Positions 21,717 to 30,158 of a DNA stretch of 32,000 nt are shown here, piece after piece. The DNA comes from Ktedonobacterales bacterium (GTDB taxonomy: Bacteria; Chloroflexota; Ktedonobacteria; Ktedonobacterales; JADMIN01): contig CP126532.1 in the NCBI GenBank assembly GCA_030167145.1, positions 2,760,001 through 2,792,000 of the forward strand, read 5' to 3'. Positions within the stretch are counted from its first letter, which is position 1, and each line of letters opens with the position of its first letter. The notes under the pieces are model-generated. The model saw nothing but the letters and a program-made list of their open reading frames with translations, was not told the DNA's origin and searched no databases. Made by a program: the position numbers and the translations under genes.

Positions 21717-22110
21717 CGTATTCCTCGTATCGTGCTAGCCGCGCATGTGTTGCCAATACGAGACATGGCAACCAGCGTGCCAACATGCGAGGATGCGTGG
21801 CGGAGCGGGGCCTGAGCGTGCCAATCGTCGCCCGTTGTATCGAAACCGCTGAAAGCGTTCGGTATATTCACTGAGTGTAACGAGCGAAGGAGGATTTAGG
21901 ATACACGCCGCCGTGTTGGCGTGGGGGATGTTGGTGCGAGGGGCTGGGGTATTTGCGTATTTCTGCTGACCAGAACCGCTGGACAGCCATGATACAACAG
22001 AGATGCTCAGCAGTACCCGCTGACGCTCTGGCTATGCGTTCTGGCAGTGGTGGGGCATCGTGGGTCGGGTACGGGCGACGGCAATTGGCGGTGGAGGGGA
22101 GAGGCGTGCC

Positions 22111-22917
22111 ATGGATTATCGGGTGATGACGGCGGCGTTTGGCATCGCGCTCGTGGATATCGTGCTTAGCGGGGATAATGCGCTGGTGATTGGCGCGGCG
22201 GCGTCGCGGCTGCGCGGGCCGAAGCGGATCATTGCATTGCTTTGGGGTGGCCTGGGCGCGATTGTGCTGCGGCTGCTGCTGGCGAGCCTGACGACGGTGT
22301 TGTTGCTGGTGCCGTATCTGCGTTTCGCGGGCGGCGTGCTGATCTTTGCTGTCGCCGTACGGCTGCTGTGGCCGGAGTCGGGCGGCCATAAGGGGCAGGC
22401 GCGCGACAAGATGCTGCCAGCGATCATGACGATCATCCTGGCGGACATCACGATGAGTCTGGATAATGTGCTGGCGGTGGGCGGGTTAGCGGATGGCAAT
22501 ATTCCGCTGCTGGTGGCAGGGAATGCGTTTAGCATGGTGGTGTTGTTTATTGGTAGCTCGCTGGTGGCGCTGCTAGTGGAGCGGCTGGCCTGGCTGATGG
22601 ATGTGGCGGCGCTGATCCTAGCGTGGACGGCGGCGAATCTGGTACTGGAAGATCCGGTAACGGGGCGATTCGTACACTTAGATGACCGTGAGCAACTGGT
22701 GGTCCACTTTGGGTTTCTCGCGCTGATCTTGCTGGTTGATCTGCTGATTCGCGCGATCAAGCGCCACTCTGCCCGCCCAGTGTTGCATGCGGACGCGGGA
22801 GCCGCCGCACACGTTGCGAGCAACAGCGCGCACGGAGAGGATGCGGGGGCGCTGACGCCGGTGGCCACGGCTGAGCGGCGCGAGAGTGCGCCAACGACAT
22901 CAGATGCACAGGAATAG
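22111..22917 (+). CDS. TerC-family (YjbE-like) integral membrane protein
   Basis: ATG at 22111 after GGAGGGGAGAGG. Duplicated signature DIVLSGDNALVIG / DITMSLDNVLAVG typical of the TerC family. Confidence 0.85.
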   Translation: MDYRVMTAAFGIALVDIVLSGDNALVIGAAASRLRGPKRIIALLWGGLGAIVLRLLLASLTTVLLLVPYLRFAGGVLIFAVAVRLLWPESGGHKGQARDKMLPAIMTIILADITMSLDNVLAVGGLADGNIPLLVAGNAFSMVVLFIGSSLVALLVERLAWLMDVAALILAWTAANLVLEDPVTGRFVHLDDREQLVVHFGFLALILLVDLLIRAIKRHSARPVLHADAGAAAHVASNSAHGEDAGALTPVATAERRESAPTTSDAQE

Positions 22918-22952
22918 GAATTAGGAACAGGGAGCGTGGCGGAAGCTCACGC

Positions 22953-23429
22953 TTATTGCAAGGCAGCCATGGCGCTGCGCATGCGTGCGCGCTCATCGTG
23001 CAGCGCGGAGGCGAGTTGAAGCAGCGCTTGTTCGCCTTGCTCGGTGAGATGGATCTCGACGATGCGCCGGTCGCCGCCGTTGGAATCGGGCCGGCGTTCG
23101 AGCAGGCCGCGGGCTTCGGCGCGATTGACGAGGCCGATGACGGCGTTATGCCGGATTTGCAGGCGTTCGGCTAGCTCGGTGATGTTGGCCCAGTCGCGTC
23201 CGGGGAAGCCCTTGACGGCGAGCATCAACTGATAGTGTTGGGGGGTGAGGTCGAGTTTGCGCGCTTCTAGCTCGGTCTGGCGCAGATAGCGTCGAAGCTC
23301 GTAACGGAACTCGGCGAGCCGTTCGTATTCTTGTTTGGTGAGCGCGGCGGTGTGGGCGTCGCGCGCCTGGTTTGTCGCGTGATTCGTTGGGTGATTGGCC
23401 GCATTGCTTACTGGTTGCGCCTTCGCCAT
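22953..23429 (-). CDS. MarR-family transcriptional regulator
   Basis: 158 aa. Winged-HTH region ITELAERLQIRHNAVIGLVNRAEARGLLERRPDSNGGDRRIVEIHLTEQG is typical of MarR. Confidence 0.85.
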   Translation of the reverse strand: MAKAQPVSNAANHPTNHATNQARDAHTAALTKQEYERLAEFRYELRRYLRQTELEARKLDLTPQHYQLMLAVKGFPGRDWANITELAERLQIRHNAVIGLVNRAEARGLLERRPDSNGGDRRIVEIHLTEQGEQALLQLASALHDERARMRSAMAALQ

Positions 23430-23580
23430 CTGGGCCTGCCATTTTCTTGGTATGGACAGTGACTATGCATACGTGTCGCACTGTATCACAGCATGAACCA
23501 CCAAGACAAGCATACGAAGCGATAGTCCTGGCGTCCATCGGTAAAACGGTGTAGGTGACAGGAGAGCGCACGGAGGGCGC

Positions 23581-24099
23581 TCAGGCGAGTTGCAGCACGT
23601 CAATCTCTGGCGGGAAGTCCTGGCGCTCGACGTTGCCGGTCCAGAAGAGACGTTTCATGAGTTCGCCAGCGGCGAAGAGCAGGTGCTGCTGGGCGGAGTC
23701 GCGGGCGTCTTCATAGGCGGGCGAGCCGTTATGCTCGCGGGTGGTGAGGAACCATTCGCAGAGCGGCGTGCCAGCGGCGGCGCGGACGAGGTAGCAGCGC
23801 ATCTTGAGGGCGTTCTCTTCGTCGGGCAGGAAGATGCGGACTTGCGGCAGACCAGCGGCGAGATCGAGACGGTAGAAGACGCCGTAATGTTCGCGCGAGG
23901 TTTGGAAGAGTGACATCTCGGCGGGGGCTTGAATGGCGGCGGCCAGTTCGTCGGCCTGGGCGGCGCTATCCCATGCGCGCGGGGGTCGTGCGCCGTAGGT
24001 GAGGCGTGGCGGCGCGGGTGGCGCGCTTGCGTCTTCGGGTTCTTCAAGTAGAACGCCAAGCCGGGCGAGTAGCTCGGCAAGCTGATCGTCCAGATTCAT
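23581..24099 (-). CDS. Hypothetical protein (172 aa), no recognisable domain
   Basis: ATG at 24099 preceded by GAGGAGG. Codon usage is similar to neighbouring genes. Lies 117 bp downstream of ftsZ on the same strand. Confidence 0.5.
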   Translation of the reverse strand: MNLDDQLAELLARLGVLLEEPEDASAPPAPPRLTYGARPPRAWDSAAQADELAAAIQAPAEMSLFQTSREHYGVFYRLDLAAGLPQVRIFLPDEENALKMRCYLVRAAAGTPLCEWFLTTREHNGSPAYEDARDSAQQHLLFAAGELMKRLFWTGNVERQDFPPEIDVLQLA

Positions 24100-24216
24100 G
24101 GTGCGCCTCCTCGGGTGTGGGTGTCTTGGAACTACTGTTGTATTCCCACGGGGAGGGGCGTGAACGGTAATATTTTGGCCGCGATCAGGTCGTGATTGAG
24201 CCTGGTCTGGCAATGG

Positions 24217-25851
24217 TCAGCGGCGGGTGAGGAAGTCCCAGAGATGGCGCGGCGGGGGGGCGCTGTCGTCGTCGGGATCGTTCTCGACGTATTCGTCGCC
24301 GTGATAGCCGGGGGAACTGGGGGAGTTGGGGGAGTTGGGGCGCGATTGGGCGCTGGAGAGCGGTGGCACGGCGCTGCTGGGGGGGACGCCATTGCTGTTG
24401 AGCCGTCGCACGGAGTTGGGTGGACCTCTGTAGGGGTCATCGGGTTCATCATCCCAGGGCTGGTCTGGCGCGGTGCGGTCGCTGGGGGGGCGTGCGGCGC
24501 TAGCGGGCGTCGGCGGGGGTGTGGCGGCGCGGGATGCGGGGGCCTCGGCGTCGGGCCAGGCGGAACGCCGGTTCATCGCGGTGACGGTGAAATCGGCTGG
24601 CGGCGCGGTGCGCGGCGGCTGTGGCGGCGAAACGGCGGTGTCGGTGGGCATGCGGGAGGGTGGCTGGGCTGAGGGCTGTGGCTGGCGGAATTGCGAGGGG
24701 CGTGGCGCTTGCGCGGCTGGCGGTGGCACGGAGGTGGTGGGACGGTTTGGCGCGGGTGCGGCGGTGCGTGATGGATACGCGGCGGGCGCAGGGGCGCGGC
24801 TGGATTGTGGTGGTGATTGGGGAATGCCCGTACGTGTGCCAGACCAAGTGGGGCGCTCGCGCTCGTGGGAGATGCGTGGCTCGAAGCCGGTAGCGACGAC
24901 GGTGACTTTGAGTGTGCCTTCGTTGGCGGGGTCGTGGACGGCGCCGAAGATGATGTTGGCGTCGGGGTGCGCGGCGCCGCTGATGATACTGGCGATGGTG
25001 TCTATCTCGCGCATGAGCAGGTCATCACCGCCGGTGATGTTGAAGAGGACACCACGGGCGCCGCGAATATCTACTTCGAGCAGGGGATTGGAGATGGCGG
25101 CACGCGCAGCGGTCTCGGCGCGATGTTCGCCGCTGGCCTGGCCAATGCCCATCAATGCGGAGCCAGCGCCAGCCATGATGGCATGGACGTCGGCGAAGTC
25201 GAGGTTGATGAGGCCAGGGATGGTCATCAGGTCGCTGATGCCCTGCACGCTCTGGCGCAGGACGTCGTCGGCGAGACGGAAGGCGTCTTCCATGCTGATG
25301 TCGTGTCCGGCGAATTGCTCCAGGCGTTCGTTGGGAACGACGATGAGCGCGTCTACGACATCGCGCATGGTGCGCACGCCTTGCTGGGCGATACTTTTGC
25401 GCTTGCGCTCGAAGGCAAAGGGGGTGGTGACGACGGCGACGGCCAGCGCGCCACACTCGCGTGCGGCGTGGGCGATCAGTGGGGCAGCGCCAGTGCCGGT
25501 GCCACCGCCCATGCCAGCGGTGATGAAGACCATGTCGGCGCCGCGCAGGATTTCCTGGATGGCGTCGTAGCTTTCTTCGGCGGCGGCGTGACCGATTTCG
25601 GGGTCGCCGCCTGCGCCGCGGCCACGGGTGAGGGTTTCGCCGAGGCGCAGGCGGGTGGGGGCGTGCGACATGCCGAGCGCCTGGGCGTCGGTGTTCATGG
25701 CGATGAATTCGACGCCGCGCACGTTCGCTTCGATCATACGGTTGACGGCGTTGCAGCCGCCACCGCCGACGCCGACGGCGAGAATCCGCGGGAGTCCGCT
25801 GGGGTCGTTGCGCGGCGGATCGGGTTGCTCATCGCGCTCCGCGAATTCCAT
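24217..25851 (-). CDS. ftsZ: Cell division GTPase FtsZ with long Pro/Ala/Ser-rich C-terminal tail
   Basis: GVGGGGCNAVNRM, tubulin signature GGGTGTGAAP, NTDAQAL. After VVATGFE come about 210 aa of low-complexity sequence, ending in the conserved-type tail PPRHLWDFLTRR. Confidence 0.97.
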   Translation of the reverse strand: MEFAERDEQPDPPRNDPSGLPRILAVGVGGGGCNAVNRMIEANVRGVEFIAMNTDAQALGMSHAPTRLRLGETLTRGRGAGGDPEIGHAAAEESYDAIQEILRGADMVFITAGMGGGTGTGAAPLIAHAARECGALAVAVVTTPFAFERKRKSIAQQGVRTMRDVVDALIVVPNERLEQFAGHDISMEDAFRLADDVLRQSVQGISDLMTIPGLINLDFADVHAIMAGAGSALMGIGQASGEHRAETAARAAISNPLLEVDIRGARGVLFNITGGDDLLMREIDTIASIISGAAHPDANIIFGAVHDPANEGTLKVTVVATGFEPRISHERERPTWSGTRTGIPQSPPQSSRAPAPAAYPSRTAAPAPNRPTTSVPPPAAQAPRPSQFRQPQPSAQPPSRMPTDTAVSPPQPPRTAPPADFTVTAMNRRSAWPDAEAPASRAATPPPTPASAARPPSDRTAPDQPWDDEPDDPYRGPPNSVRRLNSNGVPPSSAVPPLSSAQSRPNSPNSPSSPGYHGDEYVENDPDDDSAPPPRHLWDFLTRR

Positions 25852-25870
25852 ATGGGTTGCCTTTCCTTGG

Positions 25871-25897
25871 TGGGCGTCCGGTGGATACCCCTACGCG
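25871..25897 (+). repeat. R1 repeat, degenerate copy in ftsA-ftsZ spacer
   Basis: TGGGCGTCCGGTGGATACCCCTACGCG. About 21/27 matches to R1; the stem carries 2 mismatches. Confidence 0.5.
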
Positions 25898-25928
25898 CTG
25901 CGCCCTCTAGCAATGAATGTGCCGGAAG

Positions 25929-25955
25929 GCGGGCGTCCACCGGACGCCCCTACGA
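25929..25955 (+). repeat. R1 repeat copy in ftsA-ftsZ spacer
   Basis: GCGGGCGTCCACCGGACGCCCCTACGA, 26/27 identical to 5803-5829. Located 10 bp from the ftsA stop codon. Confidence 0.85.
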
Positions 25956-25965
25956 GAGGGAAAAG

Positions 25966-27219
25966 TTACGAGGTGGCGCCGAAGAAGCGCCGACCTAGAT
26001 TGGCGACGATGTGGTTCAGGCGGTCGCGCCCGCGCCGCCCGTGATCCTGGCTGGCGAAGCGCGCTTGCCAGAGGGCCAGTCCGGCGGCGGTGGCGAAGCT
26101 GGGCGAGGCCATGAGCGGTGGGAGGCCATGGATGCCCACGGGCGCCTCGCGGTAGACTGGTAGATCCAGCGCGTGCATGAGCGTGTCGTCGAGTCCGGCA
26201 AGTTCCGCGCCGCCGCCGGTGAGCGCGAGCGCCTCTGGCTCGACGCCGAGCCGCCGGATGGCGCGCAGCCGTTCGGTGAGCCGTTCGGCGAATTTCTGGG
26301 TGCGCTGTTCGAGAATGCGGGCGATCTCGCGCTGAGGCAAGACGGCGTCTACGCCGACGGATTCGGGCATGTCTACCAGGGCGAACTCCTGGATTTGCTC
26401 AGGGTCGCAGTGGCCATGACGCACTTTTAGCTCCTCGGCGGCATAGAAGGGGATCTTCATTTGGGAGGCTAGCTCGCGGGTCAGCACGGCGCCGCCTTCG
26501 GGGAGGACTTCGGTGAGCCAGATGGTTCCGGCGATGTACATGGCGAGGTTGGTGGTTTCGGCGCCAATGTCGGCGACCATCATACATTCGGCGTCGGCGT
26601 AGCGGTCGCGCACGGCCTCGCCGGCGGCCAGTGGCGCGGCGACGAGCATGTCGGGTTCGATGCGCGCCTGTTTGACACATTTGACGAGGTTTTGCACGGT
26701 GGTGCCGGTGGCGGTGGTGTAATGGACTTCGACTTCGAGGTCGCGCCCGGCCATGCCACGGGGGTCGCGGACGCCGACCTGGCCATCTACCATGTAGGCG
26801 CGAGGGATGACGTGCAGCAGTTCGCGGTTCTCGGCGGAACGCAGGCCAGTGCGGGCGCTGGCGAGGGCGCGGGCGACATCGTCGTTGCTGATCTCGCGGC
26901 CAATGGGGGTGATGGTGGCGGCGCCGCGCAGGTTGAGGCTGGTGAGGTGGCGTCCGGAGACGGCGACACAGGCGCGGGTGATGCGCTGGCCGCAGTCTTG
27001 CTCGACCTCCGCGCGGGCCTGCTCGATGTTCTTGATGACCTCGGCCATGTCTACGATGACGCCATCGCGGACGCCGCCGCCTTCGGTTTCGAGCAGGGTT
27101 CCGGCGACGAAGTGAGGGCTACCTTCGTCGTCCAGTTCGATGACAAGGATGGCGACTTTGCTGGTGCCGATGTCCAGGCCGGCGATGCGTTCTTGCGGCG
27201 CGGTTGGTGTGCGTCTCAT
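25966..27219 (-). CDS. ftsA: Cell division protein FtsA (actin-like ATPase)
   Basis: IAGLDIGTSKVAILV phosphate-1 motif, VADIGAETTNLAMY, and LTGGGAELAGL at the C-terminal side. ATG at 27219 after GGGGAGG. Confidence 0.93.
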   Translation of the reverse strand: MRRTPTAPQERIAGLDIGTSKVAILVIELDDEGSPHFVAGTLLETEGGGVRDGVIVDMAEVIKNIEQARAEVEQDCGQRITRACVAVSGRHLTSLNLRGAATITPIGREISNDDVARALASARTGLRSAENRELLHVIPRAYMVDGQVGVRDPRGMAGRDLEVEVHYTTATGTTVQNLVKCVKQARIEPDMLVAAPLAAGEAVRDRYADAECMMVADIGAETTNLAMYIAGTIWLTEVLPEGGAVLTRELASQMKIPFYAAEELKVRHGHCDPEQIQEFALVDMPESVGVDAVLPQREIARILEQRTQKFAERLTERLRAIRRLGVEPEALALTGGGAELAGLDDTLMHALDLPVYREAPVGIHGLPPLMASPSFATAAGLALWQARFASQDHGRRGRDRLNHIVANLGRRFFGATS

Positions 27220-27270
27220 CCTCAGCCTCCCCGTGATGCGGTGTCCTTGTACGTGATGTGAGCGCTATGA

Positions 27271-28407
27271 TTATCCGGCGAGACGGTAATAGGGGTATGC
27301 GCCCCAGCGCAGATCAACGAGCGTGGCGCGCTGCCCCTGGGCGGTGAGCTGGGCGAGCAGGGCGTGCAGCTCGGTAAGCTGGATGCTGACACCGCGCGTG
27401 ATGGCGCTGAGCGCCGGATCGCTGAGCAGCGCGGCGATGCCCGCATCTGGCGTGGCGGCGCTGGCGGCGTCGCGCGGTGTGCCGAAGATGACGCGACGGC
27501 TGTCGGCGCTGGTGGCGGCGAAGCCATCGGGCGCGGTGTAGACGAGCGCCCAGCCGTTACCCAGCGCTGCTGGGAGTCCCTCTTGCAACTCTATTGCCAT
27601 TTTGACGAGTGGCAATGATAGGCGTTGCCCGGCACGCGGGATGTGGCCGCCGAAGGCATCGGCATCGTCGTCGCGGACCTGGGGCACGTGGAGGTTGGCG
27701 TAGGCGGGATCGCTCTGGGGTGTGCCGAGGATGACACCGTCATCGCTGATGACCAGCGTTTGGGCGGTGGTGCGCCAGAGCAAGGCGGGCTGGCGCAGGG
27801 TGACGGCGACGATGAGGCCGTTGGGATAGACGGCGTGAACCTGGGCATGGGCAACGGCGGGAATGGTTGCGACCTGACGGGCGCGGGCGTCGAGGTCGCA
27901 GAGGAAGAAGATGCAGCCGGTGAGCGGCATGCGGGCGATGGCGTTGACGATGATGGGGTCGCTCGTGCCCTGGACGCGGACGGAGGTGATGCGCCAGGTG
28001 GGTGAGGTGAGCGCCCAGATGGCGAGGCCCAGCAGCACGATCTGGGCGCAGAGCAGCGCGATGAGCGCGGGATGCCGCCGCGCCCAACTGCGGCGTGGTT
28101 GGCGAGTATGGCGGGGGGGGCCACCGTAGCGCGGCTGGGCGGCTTCGTCGTGGAGGAGATCGCTGGCGGTGGGGCGGGCGCGTGAGACGCGGGCGACACG
28201 GGCGACGACGGCGGGCGGGTACTGCGAGGCATGCATGTCTACGCCGACGCGGCCGGTGTGCGCGGCGCGGGTCCGTTGTCGGTGGGAGGCGAAGATGCCC
28301 CGGCTGCGGAGGAATGATGTGGGGTAGGGGCGTGCGCTCGCGCTGGACCGTGGCCCCGCGCGTCCGTCGCGCCCGTATCCGCCGCTGTTGTGCCGCCGCT
28401 GGCTCAT
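27271..28407 (-). CDS. ftsQ: FtsQ/DivIB-type cell division protein with long Arg-rich cytoplasmic N-terminus
   Basis: Single TM (ALIALLCAQIVLLGLAIWAL) followed by a POTRA-like segment WRITSVRVQGTSDPIIVNAIARMPL..NGLIVAVTLRQPALLW. Positioned immediately upstream of ftsA. Start uncertain (weak RBS at 28407). Confidence 0.75.
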   Translation of the reverse strand: MSQRRHNSGGYGRDGRAGPRSSASARPYPTSFLRSRGIFASHRQRTRAAHTGRVGVDMHASQYPPAVVARVARVSRARPTASDLLHDEAAQPRYGGPPRHTRQPRRSWARRHPALIALLCAQIVLLGLAIWALTSPTWRITSVRVQGTSDPIIVNAIARMPLTGCIFFLCDLDARARQVATIPAVAHAQVHAVYPNGLIVAVTLRQPALLWRTTAQTLVISDDGVILGTPQSDPAYANLHVPQVRDDDADAFGGHIPRAGQRLSLPLVKMAIELQEGLPAALGNGWALVYTAPDGFAATSADSRRVIFGTPRDAASAATPDAGIAALLSDPALSAITRGVSIQLTELHALLAQLTAQGQRATLVDLRWGAYPYYRLAG

Positions 28408-28648
28408 AGGTCTGTCATCGCTCCCCGAAACCGAAATGCAGACACAGGTGATTCGTTGTTATGTCTACTAAGCATTTCTAATGCCGGGATGTTAGGGGAG
28501 GGGGGAGGTTTCGGCCATCAATGGCCGGAGCACAGTGAGGAAGGCATGAATGTCGGGGCTAACCTCGTAGTGGTGGAGGGTGAGGCTGGTCATCTTGTTG
28601 AGTGCGAGGGAGTAGAGAGTGGCATGATGGGCGATGAGTCGAGTTCGC

Positions 28649-28671
28649 AGCATGAATGCCGCGGGTAATCC
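28649..28671 (+). repeat. R3 repeat, copy 2
   Basis: AGCATGAATGCCGCGGGTAATCC, 22/23 identical to 5634-5656. Related GGCATGAATG (28544) and GGCATGATGGG (28621 and 28716) lie nearby. Confidence 0.65.
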
Positions 28672-28783
28672 CGATTGGCGGGTGTGATGACTTCGCCAAC
28701 GATGCAACGCATGTGGGCATGATGGGTGGTTTTTGCGTGTGTTACGTGGTAGTGTTGTCGAGCCGTCAAGCGAAGCGCGCGAG

Positions 28784-30016
28784 TCAGGGCGGAGGGAGTG
28801 GGAGGGTGTAGGTGTTGGTTTGATCGGCGTAGATGAAGGCGGGCGCTGGGCCGTCTACGATGACGCCGATGAAGGGGCCGTTGAGTATCACGGAGGTGAT
28901 ACGTTTGGTGAAGACGCCGGTGGTGGGGTTCAGAGAAAAGAATGTGCCAGTGGCGGCGTCGAGTTCCATGAAGGTGATGATGCTGCCGTGCGGGCTGATG
29001 AAGATGTCCTCGCCCTGCTGCGTGTGCAGGCCGATGCCCTGCCAGTGCGCGCCATCGTCGGCGCTATAGAACAACTGGTAGGTGGTGGGCGCTCTATCGT
29101 CGAGGTCTTCGAGATAGACACGGTGCGGTGTGCGGGTCCAGAGGGCGATGCGGTTGGCGGTGGGCAGTTGATAGAGGCGTTGCCATGAGCCGCCATTGTC
29201 GTTGGTGGCGTAGAGCACATCACCAGCCGCTGCCACCGCAGCCATGACGACGTAGATATGCGCGGGATTGTCGGGGTCAACCGCGATGGCCTGGGGAGCA
29301 TTGAGGTAGCCAGGATACTGCGCGGGATAGAGATCTGGCAGGGTGGCGTCTATCATCTGCCACGCGCTGTTGCCATTGGGGGAAAGGATCGTTTCCGCCA
29401 GATGCCAATTCTGAAATGTGGGGGTTGAGACGGTAGCCAGCACTGTGCCGCCGGTCAGATTGATGAGGTCGTGCATGACATCGCCCGGTGGGGGTGTGAG
29501 TGTGCGCCAGGTCTGGCCCGCATTGGTGGTGATGTAGGTGGGAGGTTTGTCGCCTTCGTGAAGTGTTATCGCGAAGGTATCGGGCTGCTGGGTGTCGGCG
29601 AATACTAGACACATTCGTGTCGTTGGCGCGCCGGGAATGGTGTAGGGCTGCCAGGTGCGCCCGGCGTCGTCGCTGAGGGCGAAGATGGGATGCGCGGGAG
29701 CATCATCGGGTTGCGACGCTGGCAGCGCGCAGCCCGCGAGCCTGCCCGGACGCGCGGCGCTGGCGACGAGACCGTGCTCGCCGATCTGGTCGGTGAAGGT
29801 CTGGCCATTGAGGATGCGCTGCCATCCCTGCGGTGGTGTCTTAGTGCTCATGTGGCCTGGGATGAATACGGCTGACGATTCGCCTGTGCCGCTCGCGCCT
29901 GATGTCTGGGTGGCTCTGGGCGCTGGCGTATGCGTGCCGCCAAGCAGCGAGCAGCCGGTGAACAGTAGGAGACAGAGCACGAGGGGCGAGCAGAGCGAGC
30001 GGCGCATTGGCGACAT
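28784..30016 (-). CDS. Lipoprotein with BNR/Asp-box repeats (beta-propeller, sialidase/Ycf48-like fold)
   Basis: ATG at 30016 after GGAAGGGA. Signal peptide with lipobox-like LFTGC. Four Asp-box motifs: SDDAGRTW, TNAGQTW, TNDNGGSW and SADDGAHW. Confidence 0.7.
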   Translation of the reverse strand: MSPMRRSLCSPLVLCLLLFTGCSLLGGTHTPAPRATQTSGASGTGESSAVFIPGHMSTKTPPQGWQRILNGQTFTDQIGEHGLVASAARPGRLAGCALPASQPDDAPAHPIFALSDDAGRTWQPYTIPGAPTTRMCLVFADTQQPDTFAITLHEGDKPPTYITTNAGQTWRTLTPPPGDVMHDLINLTGGTVLATVSTPTFQNWHLAETILSPNGNSAWQMIDATLPDLYPAQYPGYLNAPQAIAVDPDNPAHIYVVMAAVAAAGDVLYATNDNGGSWQRLYQLPTANRIALWTRTPHRVYLEDLDDRAPTTYQLFYSADDGAHWQGIGLHTQQGEDIFISPHGSIITFMELDAATGTFFSLNPTTGVFTKRITSVILNGPFIGVIVDGPAPAFIYADQTNTYTLPLPPP

Positions 30017-30053
30017 AGCCAAATCCCTTCCAACGTGTTGTATATATCGGCAC

Positions 30054-30084
30054 GTGAGCATGAGTCGTCATTTCTCATGCTCAC
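30054..30084. other. Perfect 11-bp hairpin between two minus-strand genes
   Basis: GTGAGCATGAG (30054-30064), 9-nt loop, CTCATGCTCAC (30074-30084). No flanking U-tract on either strand. Confidence 0.4.
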
Positions 30085-30158
30085 GCGCAATGACCTAAGA
30101 ATCGCCTAACTGGGATGGCTTACGTTTTCCATATCCCATCCCGTAATAGTTGGGCGGG

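Noticed and set aside
21880-22110. yybP-ykoY manganese riboswitch upstream of the TerC-family gene
   Set aside because: The conserved GGGGAGUAG, UUGACAUA and GAGACC elements were not found. Only generic hairpins are present.
24473-25998. 365-aa and 393-aa + strand ORFs overlapping ftsZ
   Set aside because: They are antisense to an unambiguous ftsZ, and their composition is low complexity.
28324-28347. Possible sixth, minus-orientation R1 copy inside ftsQ (encodes SSASARPY)
   Set aside because: Only the 10-nt GTAGGGGCGT end matches convincingly and the palindrome is lost. It cannot be distinguished from chance in GC-rich coding DNA.
28603-28620. GAGGGAGTAGAG, resembling the GGGGAGUAG core of the Mn riboswitch
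   Set aside because: It is an isolated partial match with no partner elements and no downstream + strand gene.
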